From assembly GCA_947585215.1 (NCBI GenBank), contig CANPWY010000001.1, positions 1-62,806 of the forward strand: DNA of 62,806 bases, read 5' to 3'. The notes under the pieces are model-generated. The model made no database searches. It was given only the letters and a program-made list of their open reading frames with translations, and was not told the origin of the DNA. Made by a program: the position numbers and the translations under genes. Positions within the stretch are counted from its first letter, which is position 1. Each line of letters begins with the position of its first letter. Below, in pieces: positions 33,713 to 42,104 of the stretch. This stretch comes from an uncultured Clostridia bacterium (lineage in GTDB: Bacteria; Bacillota; Clostridia; Oscillospirales; JAAYOS01).

Positions 33713-36700
33713 TCACCTCCCGGCATTGTCTTGCTTTTCGTTTTTACGTCTGAATAGGAGCTGTGCGGCGACGCAGACCGCAAAGAGCGCCGCGAGGCCG
33801 ATAAGGGTCCACCAGCGGCTCGCCGGCGGCTCGCGCAGAGCGTCCAGCTCCGCCGTAAACTCCTCGTAAAGGGCGTCCATGTCGCTCTGAGGGTCGCCGT
33901 CCCTTCCCTCGGCGGGGAGACCGGCGGCCAAGTTCGTGTATGTATCGAGAAGCCCGTCCAAAGCCTCGCCGTCGTAACGGCCGGTCTCTTTTGCCTTAGC
34001 GATCGCGGCCTTCGCGCTGTTCTCGAAGCGCTGGAGGCGTTGCGCCTGCCGTGTCTCAAGCTCCACATCCTCATAGGCCGCCCGGAGGCTGTCAAAGCTC
34101 TCATCCGGGGCGCTCGCCTCAAATTCCACGGCTTTCAGCACGCCGATACAGCGGTCAAAGACCTCACGGACGAACTCGCCGTCATGCTCCCGCAGGAGCT
34201 TTTCCGCCTCGTCCAGAAGCCGGGTCTTTAACTCCTCGAAGGCCGCCCTTTCGGCGCTGTCCTCGCCGGATGTGTCCGGGGACTCCGGGCGGTCGGGTTC
34301 GTCCGAGCCGTCCGTGCCGGAGGAATCGGGCTGCGTGGGTTCTGTGGCGCCGGGTTCGGAGTCGTTTGACTCGGAATCAGTGGGTTCGGAATCAGCGGAT
34401 TCGGAATCGTTAGACTCGGAGTCGTTTGACTCGGAGTCGTTAGGTTCGGAGTCGGTGGGTTCGGGGTTGGTCGGCGTGGGCTCGGCAGACTCGGAGTCTG
34501 CGGGCGTCTGGGCGGAGTTTCTCAGAGCCTCCGCCTCGGCGCGGACGTCCCCAAGGAGACCGGCGACCTCCGCTATCGTTCCGCTGCTCTCTGCGATTTT
34601 TGCGGCCACGCTCTCCCGGACGTCGTCAATGGCCTTGATGACCCGGGCATTGTCGCCGGGCTGTTTCAGAGCTTCCAGCGCCGCATCTACGGCCTCGGCC
34701 AGAGCCGCGTTTGCCGCGGCGCAGTTTTGCGCCGCGCCGATGGCCTCCACAGCCTCGGCGACCCTCGGATCCTCCGGGTCCGTGACGCTCTCACCCGTTA
34801 TGGCGTTGTAGGCGGCGAGGTATTCCGTTTGGGCGGCGGCGATCTCAGTCTTGCGCTGAGCCTCCAAATCGGCTCTCAGCGTCTCTGTCAGCTCCGCCAA
34901 GGACGCGATCTTGCCCTCTCCGGCGGCAGCTGTTGCCTTACTCATGTTCTCTATGACTGTATCTACCAAGGCCTGAACCGCGTCGGAGTCCTCCGTCCGA
35001 TTCACAAGCCCCTCGGCCGCGGAGGTCAGAGCATCCCGGAGGGCGTCGTTCATGGCCGACGTGTCCTGCGCCTGTCCTATGGCCGCCAGAGCCTCCTTCG
35101 CGGGAGAGGCGGCGGGGTCGGGGACGGCGCCCGTGAGGTTTTCCGCACCGTCCAGATATTCTTTCTGAGCCTGTCCTTGGGCGGCCTTCAGGGCAAAGGC
35201 GGTCGCCGCCTCGGCCACTATATCGTCCAGCGTCTGCCGCGCGGCGGCAAGGCCGCGGGAGAGGGTCACGTTTCGGACATCCTCCAACGCCGATGCTTTC
35301 AGCGTCGCAAGCTCCTCCCGAGCCGCTTCGTACATCTCTGTGTTGCCATACTGCGCCGCCAGCGCCTCGATCTGCCTCTCGGCGGCGGCCTTGTAGCTGC
35401 CCAGAGCGGCGGCGTTGGCGGCGGCCTGCTCCGACGCCTGTTGTGCGTCTATTTTGTTCTTAGTCTCCCGAGCCACGGCGGAGAGGTCGGCGAGCGCCCC
35501 GACGGCGTCGGCGGCGTCGACGGCCTCCTGCACGGCGGCTTTGCCTTCCTCCACGAGCTTCTGCACGGCGGAGGAGCTGTTTTTCCAGGCCTCGTCAAGG
35601 AGCGCGTTCACCTTCTCCTGCAGAAGCGCGTTCATCGCCGCGGTATCAGCCGCTTCCGCCAGCGCGAAGGCCGTGTCCACGGCCTCCCGGGCGGCGGCGT
35701 CGGTACCGGTGGGCAGACCTGTATGAGCGTCCACGGGAAGCGCCTCGCCGGTGAGAGCCTCGCGGCTCTCCAGATAGTCTTGGAATGCCTCGCCGGCGTC
35801 CTTGGCGTGGGTCAACGCTCCGTCGAGGGCGCTCACCGCGTCGTCCATCTTATCTGTATCCCCCGCCGCGCCGGCGATGTCGTCATAGGTCTGCTCCAGC
35901 GCCTGCCCGGCCAAAGTTTTGGCGCGGGGCGTCAGGTCATTCGCGGCGACAAAATCGTTATACTTTTTCTGTGCGTTCTGCGCCGGCACGACGGCGTCAG
36001 TGAAGCTCGCCATGGCATCGTCCACGGCCTTCTTATCCGCCGCGCCCTGAACGGAGTTGGCGTAGGTCTCGCAGAAGTCCTCCAGACCCGGCGTTTCCGC
36101 CGCCTTGCTCCGTATCTCCGCCGCCGTCAGGCTCCGGTAGGCAGTGAGGGGATCCGGCAGGGGCACGCTCTCCCCGCTGGACTGGTGACTCGCCAGGGCG
36201 TCATCCACCAGAGCCTTCGCGCCCTCGGGAAGGTCGTTATAGGCGTCGACACCATCGCCGACCGTTTCCTTCGTGCCCATCGGTGCGGGGTTTTGCACCG
36301 CATCCTTCATCGCCGGAAGGTACTCGTCAAGCCACGTATCGGCGGCCAGTCTGTCCCGTGCCGCCTCCAGCTCCGCGAGGCGCTCCCGCTCCAGCTCCGT
36401 CACCTCATTGAGGGCGAGATCGGTCACGACGTCTGTGGTGCCGGTAAACGTACCCTCGAGCGTTGTATATTGCGCGAGAGCGTCGGCGGGGTCAGTGCCG
36501 GCTGCGGCTTTCCACGCAGCATATGCCGCCTCAAACGCCGATTTTTCCGCGTTCTGTGCCGCCGTCAGTGTCGCGAACACGCCGCCGGGGCAAGGAACCG
36601 CCGCGCTGGGTATGGTGTCCGACCCCGCCGGCGTGCGGGCGAGGACAGTGTACTGTGTTTTCTCCAAAAGGCCGGTAAAGGAGAGCCTGCCGTCAGTACC

Positions 36701-39481
36701 CGGCGTCTGCCATGCAGTGTACGCCGTACTTCCGCCGCTTTCATGGGACAGCCGGAATTCAAGACCCCGGTATGCGGCGAGAACGTCGAGCGTGAGGCTC
36801 GCGTTCGTAACGTCCGCGAGCGTCACGACCTCCCCGTCAAACTCCGGGGCCGCCTCCGGTTCGCCCATGTGGACGGTGACGATGTTTTCGTCCACCTTGA
36901 AGGTGGCGTTGCCTCCGTCCAGCGCGGCGTCGCCGGGAAGGGCAGTGCCGGAGAAGGACGTGTAAGCCCCGGCCTCGGTGAGGTATGTGGTGCCCTCCGG
37001 GGCGGTGATGATTTTAGTTTGATTGTCGTAGAGGAGCACGTTGAGTTCGGGACCGGCAAAGTCCTGCTCCACGCCGTCAAACGTGGGCTTGAGCCGCGTG
37101 TCCGTATATGCCGCCGCCGTCGCGCCCGTAAAGTCGATGGTTCCGCTGACGACGCCATCGGTCAGCGTAAGCGTCGCTGTGTGGGTATCGGCCTCCACGG
37201 TGAAGGCGGTAATTGCGGGGTCGCAGGTACCGGAAACCTCCAGCTTGTTTGGCTCGGTCTGGGTAAACTCCAGCGCGTAGCCGCTGCGGGAGAGTGTCGT
37301 CGTGCCGCCTTCCGTCGTCGTGCGGTAAAAGACATTGGTCCCGCCGTCGGGGACGGGCGTGGCGTAGGCGGGCGCTGTACCTGTCCACTTGGCCATCGGA
37401 CCGAAGTATTTTCCCCCGCCGGTGAAATCCAGCGTCAGCTGTGTTCCGGTGTACCCGGTCAGGTCTGCGCATGCCTCGAAAGAGGTCGTGGTGTCCACCA
37501 CAATGCACGAGTCGTCGATGTGGACCTTGCCGGTGATGCCGGGCGTGCCGGTGACGGTGAGCTTGCCTACGGCCTTGCCTTCGATGAAGGGCTTGGTGAC
37601 GGCGCTTGCGTAGTCCTCGGCGCTGTATTTATTATAAAGGTATAGGGCGTTTTTGTCGCCGGTGGTGGCCGCAACCGTGCCGCCGGAGACGGTCAGCGTC
37701 CCGCCCTCCTCAACCGAGAGGACGCCCAAATTGTTGAGAGAACTGTTGCCGGTGATAACCGCAACGCCGGAGACGACAGTCGTTGCCCCGCCGTAGATGG
37801 TCTGTATCGCCGCGCCCTTCTGTTGGGACATACAGCCGATGATGGAACCGCCTGACACGGTGACGGATGGGGCGCGCGTTCCGGCGTAGCTGCCGTTCTC
37901 GTCCGGCTTGCAGACGTTCATGATGCCGCCGCCCTCGCGGGAGTAGCAGTTTTGGATAGCACCGCCGTCCATGGTGAGGACGCCGCCGGCCTCGTTGCGC
38001 ACGCCGCCGCCGTAGTTCTGCGAGCCAAAGCCTGCGCCCGGCGCGGCGTAGTTGTTGTCGTTATTCTGTACGGTCGCGCCGGCTGTGATGTTCAGCGTCC
38101 CGGCGTTGACTATCACCGGGGCGTGGGCGGTGATGCCGGTGTTGCCCGTCACGACCGTCCCCGCGCCGCCGTAGCCGTCGTCGCTGATGCTTATGCCGCC
38201 CGTCCACACGGCTCCTCCGTCTAGAGTGATGTTTCCAAGGGTGAGCGTGGCCCCATCGGCCACCTTCACCAGAGCGTCCGTGTTCCCGTCGGCGCGCTTG
38301 ACGGTGACTGTGACGCCAACGGTCAAGAATTCCGGCACGTTTGAAGTTGGAACGTGCTTTTGCACGCTGGAAAAGGTAATATTTGCGCCGGCCGGAATGG
38401 TCAGCGTCTTGGAAATCAAAACCTCGGTGGTGTCCAGTTCGTGGTTCTGATCGTTGGCGTATGTGGCGAAATACACCGTGCCATCAACCGATGTGCCAAT
38501 GTCGTCTATCGCCTTCTGTGGGTCGGCATAGTCTTTCCATGTGCCGTCCGAAAGCTTAAGCGCCGCCGCGATGGTATCAGCCTGTATCAGCAAAAGTCCG
38601 GGGTCTTGCGGGTCAAACGTATACCCCGGATTTCGCACCAGCAAATTGCTCTTGAGCGTCGCGGCGTCGAGACCTGTGCTGCTTTTTACATATACCACGC
38701 CGCCGCCCAGCTGCGACGCCGGGTTCTCAAACTCCACTGTCAGCTTGCTATCGAGCGTTCCCGTCACGTCCACGGTGCCGCGATTTTCGTTTCCGGCGTT
38801 GCTCCCGTCGTACCCGATGGCGATACCGTCGCCCAAACCGCTGACACTGCCCGCGACCGTGACCGTCGCGCCGTCCTCGAGGTAGATGCCGTTGCCGAAG
38901 GACGCCTCGTTGTTCTGCACGGCGGCGCCGCTCACGGTGACGTACTCGGCGTCGGCGGACACGTACACCGCGCCGCCCTTGCTGCTCGCGTTGTTGCCGA
39001 TGAGCTTCACGCCGCTCCCGATGTCAAGCGACCCGCCGGCGCCCACGTACACCGCGCCGCCGTTTTCGGCCTGCCCGGAGGCGGCGGTGACGGTGAGGTT
39101 GCTGAGCGTCAGCTTGGCGTTCTGGACGGTGAAAGTGCTGAAGTCCCCGGAGCGTGTCAGGGTGGGCTCGACATCTCCGGCTTCTCCCACGACCGTCACA
39201 TTCTTGCCGGAGACAGTGGTAAGACCCGCGTCTACGGCGGCGTTGCCGAGAACGTGTATGGTTCCTCCGCCCGCCGGCAGGGCGTCATACGCGTTCTGAA
39301 GTGATGGGTAGACGGTCTTCTCGCCGTCCTCATCCAGATAGATGCCGCCGGAGAGGGTCACGGTGACGGTGCCGGTCCAGGTTTTGGCCTTCAGGTTCTT
39401 ATTCCCCGCGAAGGAAGCGGTGACGGTGGCGGTGCCCATCTTGCCCCCGGCATGAAAGACGTTCCCTTCAAAGGTGCCCAC
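33713..39481 (-). CDS. giant surface protein, C-terminal 1922-aa portion (no own signal peptide): beta-helix repeats, long Ala/Glu/Gln helical repeats, Ser/Asp/Glu tandem repeat, C-terminal TM anchor
   Basis: GGAVYV/GGGV/GGAIQ parallel-beta-helix-like repeats; about 700 aa of helical repeats; ..ESNDSESNDSESNDSE..; C-terminal WWTLIGLAALFAVCVAAQLLFRRKNEK. It is in frame with the 39512-40552 ORF across a single TAG. Confidence 0.75.
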   Translation of the reverse strand: MGTFEGNVFHAGGKMGTATVTASFAGNKNLKAKTWTGTVTVTLSGGIYLDEDGEKTVYPSLQNAYDALPAGGGTIHVLGNAAVDAGLTTVSGKNVTVVGEAGDVEPTLTRSGDFSTFTVQNAKLTLSNLTVTAASGQAENGGAVYVGAGGSLDIGSGVKLIGNNASSKGGAVYVSADAEYVTVSGAAVQNNEASFGNGIYLEDGATVTVAGSVSGLGDGIAIGYDGSNAGNENRGTVDVTGTLDSKLTVEFENPASQLGGGVVYVKSSTGLDAATLKSNLLVRNPGYTFDPQDPGLLLIQADTIAAALKLSDGTWKDYADPQKAIDDIGTSVDGTVYFATYANDQNHELDTTEVLISKTLTIPAGANITFSSVQKHVPTSNVPEFLTVGVTVTVKRADGNTDALVKVADGATLTLGNITLDGGAVWTGGISISDDGYGGAGTVVTGNTGITAHAPVIVNAGTLNITAGATVQNNDNNYAAPGAGFGSQNYGGGVRNEAGGVLTMDGGAIQNCYSREGGGIMNVCKPDENGSYAGTRAPSVTVSGGSIIGCMSQQKGAAIQTIYGGATTVVSGVAVITGNSSLNNLGVLSVEEGGTLTVSGGTVAATTGDKNALYLYNKYSAEDYASAVTKPFIEGKAVGKLTVTGTPGITGKVHIDDSCIVVDTTTSFEACADLTGYTGTQLTLDFTGGGKYFGPMAKWTGTAPAYATPVPDGGTNVFYRTTTEGGTTTLSRSGYALEFTQTEPNKLEVSGTCDPAITAFTVEADTHTATLTLTDGVVSGTIDFTGATAAAYTDTRLKPTFDGVEQDFAGPELNVLLYDNQTKIITAPEGTTYLTEAGAYTSFSGTALPGDAALDGGNATFKVDENIVTVHMGEPEAAPEFDGEVVTLADVTNASLTLDVLAAYRGLEFRLSHESGGSTAYTAWQTPGTDGRLSFTGLLEKTQYTVLARTPAGSDTIPSAAVPCPGGVFATLTAAQNAEKSAFEAAYAAWKAAAGTDPADALAQYTTLEGTFTGTTDVVTDLALNEVTELERERLAELEAARDRLAADTWLDEYLPAMKDAVQNPAPMGTKETVGDGVDAYNDLPEGAKALVDDALASHQSSGESVPLPDPLTAYRSLTAAEIRSKAAETPGLEDFCETYANSVQGAADKKAVDDAMASFTDAVVPAQNAQKKYNDFVAANDLTPRAKTLAGQALEQTYDDIAGAAGDTDKMDDAVSALDGALTHAKDAGEAFQDYLESREALTGEALPVDAHTGLPTGTDAAAREAVDTAFALAEAADTAAMNALLQEKVNALLDEAWKNSSSAVQKLVEEGKAAVQEAVDAADAVGALADLSAVARETKNKIDAQQASEQAAANAAALGSYKAAAERQIEALAAQYGNTEMYEAAREELATLKASALEDVRNVTLSRGLAAARQTLDDIVAEAATAFALKAAQGQAQKEYLDGAENLTGAVPDPAASPAKEALAAIGQAQDTSAMNDALRDALTSAAEGLVNRTEDSDAVQALVDTVIENMSKATAAAGEGKIASLAELTETLRADLEAQRKTEIAAAQTEYLAAYNAITGESVTDPEDPRVAEAVEAIGAAQNCAAANAALAEAVDAALEALKQPGDNARVIKAIDDVRESVAAKIAESSGTIAEVAGLLGDVRAEAEALRNSAQTPADSESAEPTPTNPEPTDSEPNDSESNDSESNDSESADSEPTDSESNDSEPGATEPTQPDSSGTDGSDEPDRPESPDTSGEDSAERAAFEELKTRLLDEAEKLLREHDGEFVREVFDRCIGVLKAVEFEASAPDESFDSLRAAYEDVELETRQAQRLQRFENSAKAAIAKAKETGRYDGEALDGLLDTYTNLAAGLPAEGRDGDPQSDMDALYEEFTAELDALREPPASRWWTLIGLAALFAVCVAAQLLFRRKNEKQDNAGR
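34352..34500. repeat. imperfect 15-bp tandem repeat (about 10 units) inside the giant surface gene
   Basis: Units of the form GGTTCGGAGTCGTTT / GACTCGGAATCAGTG / GACTCGGAGTCGTTA encode (S/T/P)(N/T/A)DSE pentapeptides on the minus strand. Confidence 0.8.
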
Positions 39482-39511
39482 GTCCGGGTCGCCGCAGGTA
39501 TAGGTGACGCC

Positions 39512-40552
39512 CTACGCTCTCACCGCCGGCGTCAGCGCTCCGCCGCCGGTGAGAGCGTAGGGCGTCGTGCTGTGGGGGTTGACGGTGAAGTCCGTGGGCA
39601 GCTCGCCCGTGGGCTCGGCCTGGGCGATGGACCAGGTGAGGGATTTAAGGCCGGTGGAGCCGTCCTGCCAAGTGTAGCCGGACTTGGGCACCATAAGGAT
39701 CGTATAGCTTCCCGCATCCGTGGCGAAATAATCGCCCACCATGGTGACGTCGGCGCCGGCGGCCGTGTAAATCGGGTGTATCTGCACACTGCCGGTGTAG
39801 ACGGGCGCGTGGGGCTGGATGGTATAGAGGGTGAGCAGCGCCTCCACGGTACTGCTCACCTTGTTCCCCGTACTGCCGCCCCCGCCGGACCCCGAGCTGC
39901 TGGCAACGTGTATATAATTCTCATTATCGGGATAAGAGCTCATGGTGCCATTCATTAGCACTTCAATACCGGTTTTCATAAAGTACGCCCGGTATAGCGA
40001 TGTCGAATAACCGCCGTCTGACAGGTAAGTGTATGCCTTGAAAAATATCCGCCCATCCTCGTCCTTGTAGAGGTTCGAGCCGAGCTGTGCATAGCTCATA
40101 TTGACATAGTCGCTGGCGGTAAATGCCATATGATAGTCAAGCGACACATTGCTGTTCGCACCTTGATACTTCTTGAATTGTCCGGAGTTATTGTATTTAT
40201 ACACCGTCCAGTATTCGCCCGACTGCTTATTGCGCATACCGTAATTGCCGGATATGGGGTTGCTCATAGGGGACACATACGATGTGCTCTCGTTCAGGTA
40301 CAGCTTCACCGCGTTTTGCCCTGTTATGCTTCCCGTTCCCTGGACAGTCTCATAGACGTACACGCTTTGGCCCAGTTCCCAGTATGTATTTAACTCGCCA
40401 AGCTCCGAGGCAGACACCGTCGTCTCCGCGATGGGCATGATCCCGGCGTTTGCCGCTTGGGCGCGGCCGGACACCGCCGACAGCGGCGCCGTCTGCAACG
40501 CCAGAAGGAGCACCATAAGGGTGCTCACAAGCCTCCTGCACGTTTTCTTCAT
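39512..40552 (-). CDS. giant surface protein, N-terminal portion with signal peptide (ends at in-frame TAG)
   Basis: Start at MKKTCRRLVSTLMVLLLALQTAPLSAVSGRAQA (ATG 40550-40552, GGGAGGG upstream). Stop TAG at 39512-39514. The downstream ORF continues in the same frame. Confidence 0.75.
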   Translation of the reverse strand: MKKTCRRLVSTLMVLLLALQTAPLSAVSGRAQAANAGIMPIAETTVSASELGELNTYWELGQSVYVYETVQGTGSITGQNAVKLYLNESTSYVSPMSNPISGNYGMRNKQSGEYWTVYKYNNSGQFKKYQGANSNVSLDYHMAFTASDYVNMSYAQLGSNLYKDEDGRIFFKAYTYLSDGGYSTSLYRAYFMKTGIEVLMNGTMSSYPDNENYIHVASSSGSGGGGSTGNKVSSTVEALLTLYTIQPHAPVYTGSVQIHPIYTAAGADVTMVGDYFATDAGSYTILMVPKSGYTWQDGSTGLKSLTWSIAQAEPTGELPTDFTVNPHSTTPYALTGGGALTPAVRA

Positions 40553-41082
40553 ACCGGGTTTCCCTCCCAATTCGACTGTTTTCGACCGGTACATACAACT
40601 TTTATTATTATACACTCTTTCTCCCATTGGCGCAATCCCAGGGGCAAAAAGTACGCTTATCTCACAGAGCAGGGCTTCCGCGTCCCTTCTGCCACGATAG
40701 CCGCGCTCCGCTTACAAAGTCCTCGCTGTCATCTTGGCACGGAAAATGCCGGCTTCTCTCTCGTTTGCGGAGAGACCGGCATTTCTTGTCTGTTGACAAT
40801 TCATACTATTCCGGTCAGGAGCTTGTCAACCTGAGTTTCAATAACGCACATTGTCCGGAGGAGCCTGAACGGGGGCATAAAAAACACGGCTCGGGAGCCC
40901 GCAAAGTCAAAAGTATGCCCCCGGCAAAATTGATTTTGCGGTTGAATTTTACGGCAAATCGAAGTATGATATGTAGTGAAAGAGCCTGAGTGATATACCG
41001 ACATAAAGCTCATTTCAGCTCAGCGCAACTACGATAACGTCACCTTGCTGATCACCGGTAAAATGTTCGGAGGTGTTTCAAA

Positions 41083-41967
41083 ATGCGGCCGGGACTTGAC
41101 AAATTCATGATGAATCTGAGGCTGGAATCAAAGCAACTGGAGAATCAGGCGAAACCGCCGATCACCTCCCCCGACGTAGTACAGACTGCGGATTTTACAT
41201 TTTCAAAATTCTGCCCGCTCGGACACACGGGTGACAGCGGAGCCCTGCTGTTGGCACGGCAAAAGGGGAACCGTCAGAAGCGGTATGTTGTTAAGCATGC
41301 CCATACTGACTGCGCTTGCAATGAGTATGTATACACGAAGCTCGCTCAGGCGATGGGGTATACAATGCCCGGGGCGGTCCTGTTCCGGCTTTCTCCCGCG
41401 GAAAAGCGTACGTATTTCAAAACGGAATACATAATCGGCATACGGTACCTGGATTTGAAGATAGCGTCGCCAACCTACGCTGAGATTCGAGAGATGGCGG
41501 TCAACTGGCAGGAATACTTTTCTTTTTGCGGAATGTATGCCATGTTTAGGGAAGGAGACACTCTTGAAACACCCCTCGCACAGGACAACAAAATCTACCG
41601 CATTGATACAACGGATGCGTTTCCGATCAACTCCTGTCAGCTTTATATGGCAGGGGTAGACAGAGATATCGGCACGGGCAACCCGCGTACTGCTGTGAAA
41701 GAGCAGCTTTTGTCCGCCGACCTTTCAAATGTGCTGCAAAAAAGCGAGTGCGACTCTAACCTTCATAACTGTCAGGCAAAAGACAAAAGCTGTATTCCGT
41801 ATTTCCTGGAACCTTTTTCGCGAATTCAGGAAATAAGCAACGACTATATTGATGATTTCCTGAACACGCTGTGCTATTTTTATCCGGATTTTATCGGGGA
41901 GTATCTGAACCGATATATTTCCGCACTACAGGCGCAATGCGCCGATTATTTGAAAGAGAAGCGGTGA
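41083..41967 (+). CDS. hypothetical protein, possibly kinase-like fold
   Basis: 294 aa with GGAGG RBS. ..KRYVVKHAHTDCACNEYVYTKLAQAMG.. resembles the beta3-Lys/alphaC-Glu region of HipA/PI-kinase-like folds. This is a weak assignment. The gene is less GC-rich than its neighbours. Confidence 0.5.
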   Translation: MRPGLDKFMMNLRLESKQLENQAKPPITSPDVVQTADFTFSKFCPLGHTGDSGALLLARQKGNRQKRYVVKHAHTDCACNEYVYTKLAQAMGYTMPGAVLFRLSPAEKRTYFKTEYIIGIRYLDLKIASPTYAEIREMAVNWQEYFSFCGMYAMFREGDTLETPLAQDNKIYRIDTTDAFPINSCQLYMAGVDRDIGTGNPRTAVKEQLLSADLSNVLQKSECDSNLHNCQAKDKSCIPYFLEPFSRIQEISNDYIDDFLNTLCYFYPDFIGEYLNRYISALQAQCADYLKEKR

Positions 41968-42104
41968 GAACAAATCTTTGCCGATCCGCGCACAGTCCGC
42001 GGGCGAAACCCGCAGATCGGATTTTGCCCGCAAAAGGTCGGGAGGGGCTTTCGCCCCTCCCGTTTTTACAGCCTTGTTGTACGTGCGCTTAGCGGACGGT
42101 TCGC

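Noticed and set aside
34352-34500. CRISPR-like repeat array
   Set aside because: The period is only 15 bp with no spacers. It is in frame inside a CDS and encodes a pentapeptide repeat.
34727-37645. 972-aa plus-strand ORF
   Set aside because: It is antisense to the giant surface-protein gene. It is low-complexity and Arg/Gly-rich, with no RBS or domain.
39512-39514. TAG recoding (pyrrolysine or alternative genetic code) as the explanation for the in-frame stop
   Set aside because: TAG is used as an ordinary stop by neighbouring genes (e.g. the permease ending at 3137 and the permease ending at 50374). No pyl genes were seen in the window.
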